A stretch of 64,000 bases of DNA from Cyanophora paradoxa CCMP329 (taxonomy: Eukaryota > Plantae > Glaucophyta). A program made the position numbers and the translations under genes. Below are positions 12,301 to 25,980 of the stretch, piece by piece (the first letter of the stretch is position 1; each line of letters begins with the position of its first letter). The notes below the pieces were generated by a model that worked only from the letters and a program-made list of their open reading frames with translations, was not told where the DNA came from and did not search any database. The stretch spans positions 62,001 through 126,000 of the forward strand of contig QPMI01000220.1 of NCBI GenBank assembly GCA_004431415.1, in the 5' to 3' direction.

Positions 12301-15300
12301 ACGCGGTACACCTCCTTCACCGCCGGCTCCTCCGTCGGGATCGCCTGCGCGCGAACAGTCAGTAGGAGGCGAACGAGGCCGTGAAGCCGCGAGGCCGGGA
12401 GTGAATGAACGCCGCGTACCGCGCGGGTGATGTTGGCGGTGTTCGTGTCGTACGTCACCGTGTCCGTCTTCAGCTCCACCTCCACCGCCCGCAGGCCGGC
12501 CGCCCGCCGCGCCCCCGCCAGCAGCCGCCGCGCCGCCCGCAGCGCCCGCACCCGCACGCCGCCGGGCGCCGGCGCCGGCGTCGGAGAGGCCTCCTCCGCC
12601 ATCTGCCGGAAGACGGCCTCCAGGCTGCCCGCGAGCCAAGGGAGAAAGGGAGAAAGGGAGGCCCAGTAAGCAAGCAGAAGCTTTGAGAGGAAAGAAGCGC
12701 CGGCACCTCTCCCTGATGAGGTCCTCGTAGAACCCGACGTCGATCGGCTCCGAGGTCGCTGCGCGGCCGCCTCGGGCGGGCGGCGGGGCGGGGCGGGGCA
12801 GGGCGGGGCGGGGCGCACCTGCGGGGCAGAGCTGGGTCTCGGTGCAGGGCTGGCACTCGCCGGAGCCGGCCCCCGCGGCGAACGTCTGCGCGGGGCTGCG
12901 CGAGCGCCTCAGCCGCCGCGGGGCGGGCCCAGCGACGAGGGGCGGCCGGAGCGGGCGGGCCAGGGGTCGCAGTAGGCCATGGTGGCGTTGCGGAAGGAGC
13001 CCTTGGCGCAGGGCGTGCAGAACGTCTGCGTCTCGTCCGACTGCGCGCCCCGGGGCTCGGCCGGGCGCGGCGTGGGGCGGCGGGGGTACACGCACAACGT
13101 AGCCGGTCTTGCAGGGCGTGCAGGCGGCAGAGCCGGGGTTGGCGATCGTGTTCACCGGGCACCGCAGGCAGACGTCGCTGCGGGGCGGCGGGGTGAGAAA
13201 GGACAGGCGTGGGGAGCGGAGGCGGCAGGGCCGGACCTGGAGGGGGGGAGGTACATGGCGGCGGGGCAGGGCTCGCAGCTCACGCGCGAGGCCGTCGCCA
13301 CGTGCCCCGGCGGGCACGCCCCGCACTGCGCCGCGTCGCCGGGCGTCAGAGCAGCGCGGACGCGGACGCGCGGGGCGGAGCGGAAGGCCGGACCGTGGCG
13401 TCTCCCGGGGCGGAGATGGTCTTAGGCGCGCACTTGAAGCACGTCCCGTTAACCGGGAACGAGCCGGCCTCGCAGTCTGCCCGGCGCAGCGTGCGTGAGC
13501 GGGAGGGGCGGGGGAGGTCAACGCCGGGCGGGGGCGGACCCTTGCAGTCGGCGCGGTCCTCGCGGGGCACCTTCCCCGCGGGGCTGCGAGGAGCGCCTCA
13601 GCGGCGGCGGCGGCGCGCTGGAGGCGGCAACGGCGGCGGGTGGCGCACCAGGCCTCGCAGACGGCGGATCCCGGGGCGCGGGCGACGGTGGCGGGCGGGC
13701 AGGCCTCGCACGCCGTCGAGTTGGCGCCCTTCGTCCGGAAGAAGCCCTGCGCGCAGGCGGAGCTCAGAGCTCGGAAGAGGCAGCCGAAGCAGCAGGTCAA
13801 AGATGGGGCGGGCCACGGGGCAGGGGTCGCAGGAGCGGAAGCCCGGGGCGGAGGTGTACCCCGCCGGGCACTCCTCGCAGGCGAAGGGCGTGCCGGCCTT
13901 GGCCGCGAAGTGGTTCCACGGGCACCGCACGCACTCCAGCGTCCCGTTCGGCTGGAAGAAGCCTGCGCCGCGTCGGCGCGGGGGCAGGAAGAAAGGGATC
14001 CGAGGGGAGTCGAACCGGGGTCGCAGGGGAGGCAGCGCCCCTGGTCGGCGGAGGGGAAGAAGCCGGGGTCGCAGAGGAGGCACTCGTTCGGCGTCCCCTC
14101 CGGCGCGTACGTCCCCTGCGAATACCGGAGAGGGTCAGATCGGCGAGGCGGGAGGGGGGTTGGGGGTCGGGCGCACCGGACGGCAGAGGAGGCACAGGTT
14201 CTGCGAATGAAGGGGTCAGACGGGAAAGGGGCGGGGCGCGGGGGTGCGGGGGCGCGGACGATGGATCGGGGCTTGTATGTGCCGATGGTGCAGGGCGAGC
14301 ACTGCGAGCGCTCCGCGTTGGAGATCGAGCCCGGGTCGCACGCCCGGCACCTGCCGGGGGATGAGGGGAGGAGGAAAGAGGGGCGGCGCGGGAGGGGGCC
14401 GTACGAGGTCTCTCCGATGGCGGAGACGAAGCCCTCCGGGCACGTCACGCACGTCCCGTTGCGCTGCCGCCGCAAGGGCGATCAGGGAAGGCGCGCGAAA
14501 GTAAAGCAAAGGGGGGAGGAGGGGGGTAGGACCTCGTAGGAGCCGGAGCGGCAGAGGATGCACTCCACGCGGTCCGGGCTCGACTCCGTCCCCGGCGGGC
14601 TGCACGGCGAGCCTCAGCGCATCTCATCTCTAAGGGGCGGGCGGTCGGGGAGGGGAGGGGGCGGACCAGTCCTCGCAGGCGGCTAGGCCCGGCTGGTTCG
14701 CGTAGAACGTGTCCGCGCACTGGGGAGGCGGGGGGAGACGAGGAGGGAGCTCAGGTGAGGGGAGGAGGGGGAGGGGAGGGGAGGGGCGCACCGTCTTGCA
14801 GACGGACTCGTTGGCGCCGCGGGCGCTGCCGGCGGGGCACGGGTCGCAGCCCTGCCGGTCGAACGAGGCGACCGTCCCCGGCGCGCTGCCCGGGGGAAGG
14901 TGAAAGGAGGTCAGAACGATTCCAGACACAGCAAGAGAGGGAGAGCGAGAGAGAGAGAGAGACGGCACCACTGGAGGCAGGCGGTCATGCCGGCCTCCGG
15001 GGCGTACGTGTTGCCGATGCACTCGCGGCACTTCCCGCCCCGCTCGTACGTCCCTGCCAGAAGGCGTCGGAGGCGGGAGGAGAGGGGCGGGGCGGGGCGT
15101 GGGCGGACCCTTGCCGCAGCGGGTGCAGGAGGTGGTCTCGGGGTTAGGGACGGTCCCCGGCCCGCAGCTGGACGGCGCCGTCAGAAGGGACCGGGGAGGC
15201 GGGGGCGGGGCGGGGGCGCGGGGCGCACATGGTGTAGTTGCGCGAGCCCGGCATGGCGACGGCCCCGCTGGGGACCCGCAGGCAGCTCGGCAGCGGCTCG

Positions 15301-18300
15301 TGCCGGTACAGGCCCCCCATGCACGCTGCACGGGGGCCGGCGGCTCAGACAAGACAGAGAACCGCTCAGAGTGCGGAGGGCTCAAAAGGGCGGACGGATG
15401 CAGGTCTGGGAGTCTGCGGCGGCGACGTAGCCCTCGGGGCACTTCTCGCAGACGAAGTGGCCGGGGCGCGGCGCGATGCTGTTGATCGGGCACGGCAGGC
15501 ACGCGTCCTCCACCTGCGAGCGAAGGCCCCCCGGCTCGGGGGGACGAAGGCGGCGGGGGGTACAGCGCTCCGCGCACCTGGTAGGTCCCCGAGCGGCACG
15601 GGATGCACTCGGACTTGGCGACGTTTGGGACGGTGCCTGGCGGGCGGGCGGGCGCCGCAGCCGCGGGTGAGCGAGCCGCGGAGCCGAAGAAGAGAGGGAA
15701 AGAAGAGGCGGCGCGGGGCACCGTTGGCGCAGACGGTGTAGATGGCGGACCCTTGGAGGGCGGAGGCGCGCGGCGGCGTCGGGATGCACGTCGCGTTGAT
15801 CTCGCTCCGGTACGTCCCTGCGGCGCGCGGGGGAGGTCAGGAGGAGGAAAGAGAGGGCGGCCGGCTCGGGTCGGGCAGGAGCGGCGGGGCGGGCCCATGG
15901 GGCAGCGGATGCAGGTCTGCGAGTCGGCCGATGCGACGGTCCCTGCCGGCGGCGACCGCGCCTCAGCGGCGGGGCCCCGAAGGAAGGATTTCTCACGGAT
16001 CCGGCGCGGCGCACCGAGGTCGCAGGCGGTGCAGTTGTAGGCCTGGTCGAACGACGTGATCTGTCCGGGGCGGCGGCGTGAGCGCTCGCAGGTTTCGGGC
16101 GGGGGCGGCCGGCGGGGCTGGGACCTGGTTGAGCGGGCAGGGCCTGCAGATGTCGCCGTCCTGGTAGGTGCCCTTGCGGCACGCGATGCACTCGGTCTTG
16201 GGGCCGTTGGGCACCCGCCCGGCCTCGCACTCGGTGGGCAGCGCCTGGCCCGGCCGCGCCACGCTCCGCGCCGGCACCGGCTGGCACGTCGTGTGGTTCT
16301 CCGAGCGGTACGTCCCTGCGCGAGGATAGTAGGATGAGACCGCGCCCGACTCGCCTCAGGAGGAAGCCAATCTATCTTGGGCACCGCCGGGGCAGAGGAG
16401 GCAGGTCTGGAGGTCGGCGGCGGCGATCTGGCCGGGGGGGCACGGCGTGCACTCCGCCGTCCCCTCGTCCCAGGCCACGTGGTTCAGCGGGCACCTGCCC
16501 CCGCCCCTCAGAGGAGGGCCGAGGCTGGGGCGCGGGGGGAGGGGCGCACTGGGGGCACTCCTCGCCGCGGCGGTAGGTGCCCTTGGGGCACTTGACGCAC
16601 TCGCTCCGGCCCATGTTCGGGATCGACCCTGCGCCCCGGCGTCGGCTCGGGGGTACAGGGCCCGAGCCTCTTCGAAGAAGACAAAGGGCGGGGCACCGTT
16701 GTCGCAGAGGGTGTACATGGGGGAGCCGGAGAGGGCGGCCGCGCCGAAGGGCACGGGCGTGCAGAAGGACATGTTCGCCGACCGGTACGTCCCTGTTTGC
16801 TAGTTAGCTAACCCGCTGGCTCTTCCGTTGTTGGCCGCTTGGGCGCACCGGCGGAGCAGGCGAGGCACTTCTGGAAGTCGGGGGCGGAGACGTACCCCGG
16901 GGCGCACGCCTCGCACTCCACCGTCGCCTCCGACGACGCCACCGTGTTCAGCTCGCACCTGCGGCCCCGCCCCGCCCCGCCTCAGCAGCGGCTCCCAAGA
17001 CTTGGGCGGGCGGGTGGGGGGGCCGGGGGCACCCGCGGCAGATGACGCCGCCGGGGTCCTTGTACGTTCCTGCGCCCCCAAGGACCTCAGAATCGAAGGG
17101 AAGGGACGGGGGAGGAGGAGGGGCGGGGGCGGGGCGGGCCCTTTGCGCAGGGGACGCAGTACGAGCGCGCGAAGTTGGGGACCGTCCCTGCGCGCCCCCG
17201 AGAGGCTAAGCGAGGCGCGAGGCGGAGAGAGAAGGGGCGGGGCCACCGTTGGGGCAGAAGGTGTAGTTGGCGGAGCCGCGCGGGGCGACGGCCCCCGCCG
17301 GGACCGTCTCGCAGTACGTCATGTTCGCGCTCCGGTACTGGCCTGCGTTCGCCCCGGCTCGCTGGGCGGGGCGGGGGCGGAGCGGGGCGGGGCGGGGCGG
17401 GCCTGGGTAGCACTCGAAGCAGAGGGTGAGGTCCGTGGAGGAGTACCAGCCGGGGGCGCACGCCGTGCTGGGTACACGAGCGGGGCGCGTCGGCGGAGAG
17501 GGGGGGGGGGGGGGGGGGGGGGGGGCGGGCGCGGCACCAGTTCCAGCGGCCCTCGGAGGCGGTGTAGTGGTTGATGGGGCAGCGCTGGCACTCCCCCGGG
17601 AGCGCCTCGTACGTCCCCGCCGGGCACGCCTGCCCCGCCCCTCAGCGAAGAGCAGGGGAGCGCGGGGGAGGCGGGAGGCGGGAGGAGGGGCGGACGAAGC
17701 AGCGGAGGCGGTCGGCGAGGGAGACCTGCCCCAGGCCGCAGCGGAGGCAGCCGCCGGTGCTCGCCGAGGCCGAGGCGTGGTCCGCCGGGCACAGCACGCA
17801 CGAGGCCGCCCCGAACTCCGCGAAGTAGCCCTGCGGCGCAGCGGGCTTAGGAGCCGGCGGGGCGGGCGGGGGGGGGGGGGGGGGGGGGGCGGACTGGGCG
17901 GCAGTACTCGCAGCCGTCCTGGCGGTCGTTCGGGACCTGGCCCTGCGCGGGCGTGGGCCGAGGCGGATCGGTCGGCCCCGGCGGTCTCGGCGCACCAGGG
18001 GGCAGTAGCTGCAGTTGGGGTACGCGTTCGCGGCGCTCCACGTGCCCGGCGGGCACCGCAGGCAGGGCGCCGGCTCGGGGCGGTACCCCCCGGGCGGCAC
18101 CGCCCACTGAGCCTGGTACTCCCCCGCCGGGCTGCAAGGGGGCCGGCTCGACGGGCGGCGCGCGGGGCCGGCGAGGCGGGTGGGGGCGGACCAGCCGACG
18201 CAACGCGTGCGGTCCGAGCTGGGGTACGTCCCCGGGGCGCCTGCGGGCCGGCCATCACCTTCTGGCGGGCGGGGGGCGAGGTGGAGGGGCGGCGCGGGCG

Positions 18301-20633
18301 GGGGCGGACAGAAGGAGCAGTTGCGGAGGGCGCCGAAGGAGGAGTACTGGTTGGCGGGGCAGGCGAGGCACGACGACTCCCGCGGCGCCTTCAGGTAGTT
18401 CCCCGCCGGGCTGCGAGCAAGAGGGGACGAGCGTCAGCTCAGCTCCACGGGGTGGAGAAAGAAATGGGGCGGACCAGGGGATGCAGTCGAAGGTCCAGCG
18501 GCCCGAGGCGGTGAAGCGGTTCTCGTCGCACGGCGTGCACGGGTTCCCGTCCGCCAGCGAGTACGTGTGCTGCCCGGCCGAGTTGAGTGAGGGGGCGGGA
18601 GGGGGCGGGAGGGCGGGGGGGCGGGGCGCGCCTGGGGGCAGTCGTAGCAGGAGCCCGAGCCAACCTCCGAGAAGGTCCTGCGGGCGAGCGCGGTCGGACC
18701 GGGGAGGGGCCGGGGCCAGAAAGGAGAGCGCGGGCGGGCGGGCCGCGGACCCCTTCTGGCACTTGGTGCAGACGGTGGAGCCGGCGGCGCTCCACTGGCC
18801 GGCCGGGCACCTGCGCCGCCGCGCCCGTCAGCCGGGCGCGGAGAAGAAGGGAGGGAAGGAGGGAGGAGGGGGATCACTGGGCGGCGTCGGTGTCGAGGAG
18901 GAGGCCCGAGCTGGCGGAGAAGCGGCCGGCGGGGAGCTTGATGCAGAGGTCGGCGTTGGCGACCGAGCGGTTGAAGACGGCCGCCTCCCAGTTCCAGCGC
19001 TGGCCCGGCGGGCACTGCGTGTGCAGCTTGATCACCGTCGGCGGGTCGCTGCGGGGCGGCGCGGCGCGCGAGGATCTCAGGCCCAGATCGAACTCGGATC
19101 AGATCAGATCGAATCCTCACCTGACCATGAAGACGACCCAGGGGAGCTCAGTGAAGGCGAAGCCGGGGTCCAGCGTCTCCGCCCCGAACCCGAACATCTG
19201 CGCCGCGTACCCCCCGCTCTCTTCCCCCGAAGAAAGAGTGGGGGGGGGGTGAAAAAAGCGGACCTTGGTGGAGGAGTAGTCGTCGACGACGTGTCCGCTG
19301 AGAACGTTCGCCTGGACGAACGAGGGCGCTCGCTCGGAGGAACGTTCTCCCTCCGAACAAAGAGGGGGGCGGGGGTACGCGCACGGGGAAGTTGGGGACG
19401 ATGACGTCGACCTTGACGGTGGGCGTAGCGAAGGTGGTGGCGTCGGCGTTGGAGATGCGCAGCAGCCGCGAGCCCGGCGCCCGCTCCGCGCTCCTCCGCA
19501 TCCGCTGCACCGCGCACGCACCGGAGCGTAAAGAGCCGGCGGGGCCCCGGACGGGGCGGGGAGGGGGGGCGGGCACCTTGCCCGGGATGAGGCGGGGCCG
19601 GGCCTCGGACTCGGACGCGAAGGTGAAGGTCCGCGTGTTCGCCGGCGTGTGCAGCTGCCCCCGCCCCGCCGTCAGCCGCCGCGCAAGGAAGGGGCGGGGG
19701 GGCACGGCAGGGGCCGAGGGCGCGCGCGCCTCCTGGACGACGTAGAGGTTCCCGTCCTTGTACGCGGCCGCCGCGACCTGCCCCCGCCGGCTCGGCCCCG
19801 GCGCACGCGGCCGGCGGGGGGAGGGATGAGGCGGACGGAGGTCCAGTTGGCGCGGGTGCCGGCCCACCCCGCCGCCCCGTAGATCTGCGGGGAGGACGGG
19901 CGGTCTCTGCGACGCGCGGCCGGGGGGAGGGGAGGGCGGGGCGAGGGCGGGGCGGGGCGGGCCTGGAGGGTCCCCGCCAGCGACCCCGCCATCCCGCTCT
20001 GGTACGAGTTCGTCTTCCTGCACGGAGGAGGGGGAGGAGGGGGAGGGGGAGGGCGGGTCAGCAGCGGCTCGCGAGGCTCGTTCGTTCGGAAGAGTTCTTC
20101 TTCTTCGAAGAAGAAGGGGCGCACAAGAGGCGGACGACCTTGTCGCCCGTGACGTAGAAGGCGAACTTGCCCGCCGGCGGGTCCACCCACCGCCCCTCCA
20201 GGTACTGCCGGGGAGGGGGGCGTCGGTTGGGTAGCGGGTGGGGGAGGGGGGAGAGGGGAGGGGGCGGGGCGGACGCCGTGGCCCATGCCGGCGTGCAGGG
20301 GGCGCTCGTTCTGGACCTGCGCGGGGGCCTCGGGCCCGGCCCCGGGCCCCGGGCGGGGGCGAGGGCGGGGGCGGGGGTACGGGGCGCACGATCCAGTGGT
20401 CGGCGAGGGGGATGGCGTCCGTGCGGAGGACCTTGGTGGCGGAGCTCCCCACGGTCGTCTGCGCGGGGCCCGGCCGGGGGCGCCCGCTCAGCGGCGGCAG
20501 GGGCGGAGGCGGAGCAGCGCGAGCCGACTCGCCTGGACGAAGGTGGCGCGGGCGTCGAAGCTCGCGTTGTAGCTCTTCGCGTACGTCGCCGGCGTCGCCG
20601 GGGTCGTGCTCGCCGGCTGCGTCACAGACCTGC

Positions 20634-20671
<38 letters not shown>

Positions 20672-23600
20672 AGGGGGGGGGGGGCGCTTCAGCTGGCTAG
20701 CTAGCTATCTGGGCGGGGCCGGGGCCGGGGGCCGGGGCCGGGGGCACCAGGAGAAGATGGCAGTGACGTGGGTGACGGAGAGGGAGGCGCAGATGGAGCC
20801 GCCCACGAGCGGCGTCGGGCACGCCGTGCTCGTTGCCGGGAAGGTCGGGATCCTGCCCCGCCCCGCCCCCGACTCAGCTTTTCGAGGGGCGGCGGGTTCG
20901 GAGGGCGGGCGGGGCGGGCGCGCCTGGCGAGGGCGTGGTAGAGGAGGGGCCCGCCCGAGGCGATGCGCCCGTCCGTGGCCACGGCGATGACGGTGGCCCC
21001 GGGGGGGAAGGCGTCCGCGAGGCCGGCGCCCTCCTCCCCGGGCCACGAGACGCGCTTGAAGATAGCGCTCGCGTCCGCCGTCTGGCCGGTGGGGATGTAG
21101 CTGTCGAAGCGGAGGATGGCGACGCCGAGCGGCAGGCTGCAGGCCTTCAGCAGGGGTACGACGCTCGGCGTCCTCGGGGTCCCCGCCGAGAAGCCCACGA
21201 ACGAGCCGAAGAACGCAACGCCCCGCTGCCAGAACGAGAAGTACTGCGCGCGGGCGGCCGGCCCCGGTTCGAATCCGGGCGGGCCCGCTTTCGATCGAGG
21301 GAGGGCGGGGCGCACGCGGAGGTCGTGGAGGAGGAGGGCGGAGTAGGTGCTGGCGGAGTACGCAGCCTTGACGTCCTGCGACGTCTGCTCCCCCTCGAAC
21401 GTCCGCGCCCCCGAGGCCACGGTCCCCGCCTCCGCGTCGTAGACTGCGGGTGGAGTAAGAGGAAAAAAGGAAGAAAGAAGGAAGCGAAAAGGAAGGGCGA
21501 AGACGGGGGCCGCACAGTCGAGGCAGTTGGTGGCGTGGAAGAAGTAGTGCGAGCCGAAGGCGATGGCGTTCGAGTCGGCGGAGGTGTCGTCGGCGCCCTT
21601 GTCCGGCCGCGAGAAGGCGTAGTTCAGCAGCTCCGGCTGCCATGGTGCGTCAGGTGCGAGGAGGCGGAGGAGAGGGAAGGGTGCTAGAAAGAGGACTAGG
21701 AAGAGGCGGAGGAGGAGCGCACGAGGAGGCGGAAGTGGCGGCGCTTGTACTCGTCGACGTTCATGCGGCTCCCCGTCGGCTGCCGGGGCGGAGGAGGAGG
21801 AGGAGGAGGAGGGGTCAAGGGGGCGAGCGCGGGGGGCGGGGGCGGGCGGGGGTACCGTGGGGCGGAAGAGGTGGAAGGTGCCGAGGAACCCCGCCCAGTC
21901 GTACCTGCCCGCCCCCGCCCGATTCAGCCTGCTTCCCGGGCAGGGCGGGGCGGGGCGGGGCGGGCGCGCTTCTCGGCGGGGGCGGCCGACGAGAGGCCCG
22001 AGACCGCCTCGTAGAAGTGCCTGCGCGGGACTCGAACCCGAGGGAGAGAAAGCGGGGGCGGCCGGCGCGGAGGCCGCACCGCTCGTACGAGGCGTAGAAG
22101 TGCCTGCGGAGGGGAACGGCGAGTTGGGAGGGGCCCGCGCAGGGCGGGGCGCACGCAAGCGGGCGCACCGGAAGTCGTGCTTGAACTTGGCGGGGTTGGA
22201 GGCGCTGCTCTGGCTCGCGACGGTGTAGAAGTCGTATGGGGCGGCCGCCGCGCAGAGGTCGACCGGCCACGGCCGGATCGAGCCGTACGGCCCGGGGCTG
22301 CACGCCGCGAACGCGTACGCCGCGAACCGCTGCGGCGAGAGCCGGTTCAGGGGGGGAGGTGCGAGGCTGGGAAGAGGGGGGGCAGGGGCGGGCCTGAGCG
22401 GCGAAGGTGTAGCAATCGTAGGCGTCGCAGGAGGCCTGCGGCTTGAGCACCGACCCCGCGATGTCTCCGAGGAGGTCCTGGGGCGGGCGGGCGAAGCGCA
22501 AGGTTCGAGCGGGCGGGACACGTCGCGCGGGGTCCGAGCGCTCGCTCGCTCCGGCCTGCACCTTCCTGCGCTCGTAGGCGGGGGTATCCCAGGGCCAGTT
22601 GGTCGGGCTGTCCACGGTCGACGCGTGGTCGCTCGGGTCGAACCGCGTGTCCGGGTTCTGCGTACCCCGTCAGAGGCGGCCCCGCGGCGTCCGGAAGGGC
22701 CTCGGGGCGGGGCGGGGCGGGGCGGACCCGGGCCGGCCAGGGGGACATGGACGTATACGTGAAGTCCGTCGGGCGGACCGACCCCAGCGCGTAGGGGCCG
22801 TCCTGCGTGCGCGCGGCCCGTGAGCCGGGCCGCACGCCGGGGACCGGGGCGCAGGAAAACGGGGGTACCCCGGAGAGTTTGCGGAGGAGGGTACAGCGGC
22901 AGGCATCCAGATCGTAGTCGCAGAAGTAGTAGTCCTGGGGGAGAGGATTCAAGCTTTTCGAGGGGGGTGGGGAGCCGGGGGTACGGGGGCTCCGCACCTT
23001 GCGGCTGCGGGAGATGATGCCCATTCGGTGGGCGGCGGGCCGCTGCCCCAGGATGTAGTTCGCCAGCGGCGCGGCGAACACGATCTCCTGCGGCCGCGCG
23101 CGTTAGAGTGCGTTCTCAGATAAAACGCGATGTCCTCAGATGAGGGCGGGGGGTACCTGGCTCTCGGAGGAGGCGACGGGGTTGCCGACGCGGAGGTACG
23201 TGTTGGCGGCCTCGCTCTTGCCCGAGGGCATGAGGGCCGTCTGGGCCGCCAGGGAGACCCCCGCCGGCACCGCCACCGCCACCGCCGCCGACTCGCGCGA
23301 CGCGTACCCCGACGCGTTCCGCGCGATCGCCGAGCAGGAGACGCTGTACCCCCCCGCGTACGAGGCGGAGACGGGCACGGCGATGTACGTCCCGGCGGCG
23401 GTCACGCTCGACGTCGAGGCGACGAAGGGGCCCCCGAAGCCGGCGCAGCGGACCTGGCCCCGGCGCCGTCGGGTGCGGCAGGCGGCGCTCGCTGCGGGGC
23501 GGCGGGCGAGCGGACCAGGAGGGAGGAGACGCCGGTGGCGGAGGAGAGGGTGATGGTGAGGGCGACGGAGACGGGGCTCGCCGCCGACGCCGTCGCGATC

Positions 23601-25209
23601 GCCGGCGTCGCGAGGCTCGGGCCCGTCGGCGCCGTCGCGTTCGACCCGGGCCCCGGGCTGCTCCCCGCCTCAGAGGCGCGAAGGCCGGGCGGGGCGGGGC
23701 CGGGGGGGCGGGCCTCGGGGGGCAGGCGAAGGCGACGTCTCCGACGAGGAGGGCGTGCCTGCCGGTCCCGCTCGCGTCCCGCGCCGACGTCGTGTTCTGC
23801 AGTCCGCCCGCTCGTCAGCCGCGCCGTGCCGGCGGGGCGCCCCGCCCGGCCCGGCTCGAAGAAGAGGGGGGAAGAAGAGGGGGGGGAAGAAGAGGGGGCG
23901 CACGCCGACGAGGGCGCAGTCGTTGAAGGGGTACACGAGGGCCCTGCTCCCCGCCACCGCCGTCCCCGCGAACAGGTTCTGGTCCGATCCGAAGTCAGGG
24001 CGGGGGGAGAGGCGGAGGCGGGTACGGGAGGGAGGGGCGGCACCGCGGCGTCCGAGGCGGTCAGGGCGCTGTTCCAGAGGGCAAAGCCGGCGAGGGAGAC
24101 GCCGGCCACGTACGGCTTGCCCTGCGCCCGCCCGGCCCCGCCCAGATCCCGTCAGGCGCCGGCGCCCAGGCGGACGCTGCCCGGCACCGCGGGCACCCAT
24201 TCGTTGGGGCGCCCGAGGAAGTTCCGGAGGCGGATCTTGGAGGGGACGGCGGGGGCGCCGGCGAGCGCGTCCACCGCCGCGCCGTCCTGCGGGGGCGTCG
24301 GCGCCGGCCGAGCGGGGGCGCGGGGGGGCCGGCGGGCCTTGTAGGACGCGATCGAGCCGTCGTTTGCCCAGGTGATGAGCACGTGCGTCCAGGCGCCGGC
24401 CTGCACAGCCGGCGTCACGGGCGGCGGGGCGGGGCGGGGCGGGCGGGGCGGTGGGCGCGCCGGGATGGCGCCAGCGCCGTCCAGGAGGGTCCGGGCGAGA
24501 GCGCGGGAGCTCCCAACGTAGAGTTCCAGCCGCAGCGCGTGCGCCCCGCCCGTCACCTGCCGTCGAGGCGCGTCGGGTCAGCGGCGGGGGCGGGGGCGGG
24601 GGCGGCGCGGGCGGGGCGGCGCGAGGGCGGGAGAGCGTTTCGCACGCTGCAGTCGCTGGAAGAGGAGGAGCAGAGGCCCACGACCTGCGGCGGCGCGCGA
24701 CGGCTCGGCGGCTCGGCGGCGGAGGCGGAGGCGCGCCCGGCGGCTGCGCACGAGAGAGTCCACGTTCGGGTTGAAAGCTACCGACTCTGGATTCCCAAAA
24801 TCGATCAGGCGCGCGCCGTCCGCCTGCGGCGCGTCGATCCTGACCCTGCGGAGGTCTCAGCGGCGCGGCGGAGGGGCGCTCCGGGGCGCGGGCGCGCCAG
24901 AACTCGATGGAAAGCGGTCCGGCGAAGGTCAGGGTCGGAACGAAGATGGCCCGAGGGCCCGAGGTGCCCCCCGCGCTCCCGAAGACGACGCCTGAGGCGC
25001 AGGTACGTGAGACCTGGAAGGAGGCGCCGGCCGGCGCCGGATGGGGACCGGCGCGGTCCGGGCGCAAACGCACCGTATTCAGGAGCAGCTGCATCTGCTT
25101 GCCTCGTCTGCGTGACTGCGACGAGGAGAAGGAGGGCCACTGCTGCTGGGACTACAATTCCCCCCGCGCGCGCTCGACTCCTCCGCGGCGGGTGCATGTG
25201 ATGTTGCAT
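9365..25209 (-). CDS. Giant cell-surface protein: signal peptide, LamG/ConA-like domain, large beta-rich region, dozens of CxxCxxG (TNFR/ephrin-receptor-like, GCC2_GCC3) repeats, three predicted TM helices, K/P/G-rich tail; very intron-rich
   Basis: N-terminus IVVPAAVALLLLVAVTQTRQADA. LamG-like PLSIEFW/ARLIDFG/AGAWTHVLITWANDGSIASYK/FALWNSALTA. Repeated CxxCPxGTY/F modules from about 12700 to 19070. TMs MTLIGAGVGAAMVLVGLAILVYLK, VLGAVFTIIGVGFIIVAG and LAALGGLAVTAGAQLVVAYFYW. The single-gene model, start Met and final exon frame (..KKKGEFKSPLAL*) are inferred. Confidence 0.72.
20636..20684. repeat. Long poly-G tract in an intron of the giant gene (similar tracts near 8019, 17500, 17868, 36265, 50820, 55546, 59108)
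   Basis: Homopolymer runs seen directly; lengths may be unreliable. Confidence 0.8.
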
Positions 25210-25468
25210 TGCTGCTAGAGGTTCGAGTAACTGCGATGTGCAAAACTCTGTGACACGCCTCGAACTCGCCTGGACGGGCGTGCCTGGGGTTGCGAGGCAC
25301 GCTGTGATCAACCAGCCGGGGGCGCAGGCTGGTATGAGGTTTCGAGACGAATTCTGAATGATGACAGACCCGCCGATCGGGCTGCACAGGGCCTCGGAGC
25401 TCGCCCAGACTCAACTCGTGCGAATCACCCAGGCGGGCTTAAACGCGCCCGAGCGGCTCATCTAGACG

Positions 25469-25980
25469 CTGCCATGGCTCGCTAATGCCGCTAGCTTAAC
25501 AACCGATGCCAAAGCCGCCCGAAACGGACCGGCCGGCTCGAGGAGATCTAGAAACGCGGAGGAGAAACGTGAGCGACCAGGATCCGAACCGGGGTCGTGC
25601 AGTTGCTGAGATTTTAGCGCCTGGGCCGAGCAAAGCACAAAGTACCAACGTTAACAGCATGTTCGTCGGCGGGTTCGCCATCAGCCGGTTGGCCCAGTGG
25701 CGCGTGGCGATGCTCCGGCAGCGCGCGCAGGCGCCGGCGCCGCGGCGCCGGCGGCACAGTTGATCGACGCCCACCGGCAACCGTTGCACGTTGCAATTGA
25801 ATTCGAACGCGCCCGGGCCGCGGGGGTGGCCAACACAGTCCTCGCTGCACCGTGCGCGTCGAGCTTAAGCTACTTCCGCATCTCCAGGCGTTTCACCGTG
25901 AACCAGCACGTCGCGATCGCGATCGCGGGGTCCATGGCCAGCGCCCCCGGCCCTTCGCGATCGATTCGAGATCCGGATCC
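25469..25980 (+). pseudogene. Decayed duplicate of the ABC-F upstream region + transit-peptide exon (paralog of 29566-29960)
   Basis: Colinear high-identity match, e.g. gcgcgtcgagcttaagctacttccgcatctccaggcgtttcaccgtgaaccagcacgtcgcg is identical in both copies. The reading frame is broken by multiple short insertions. Confidence 0.9.
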
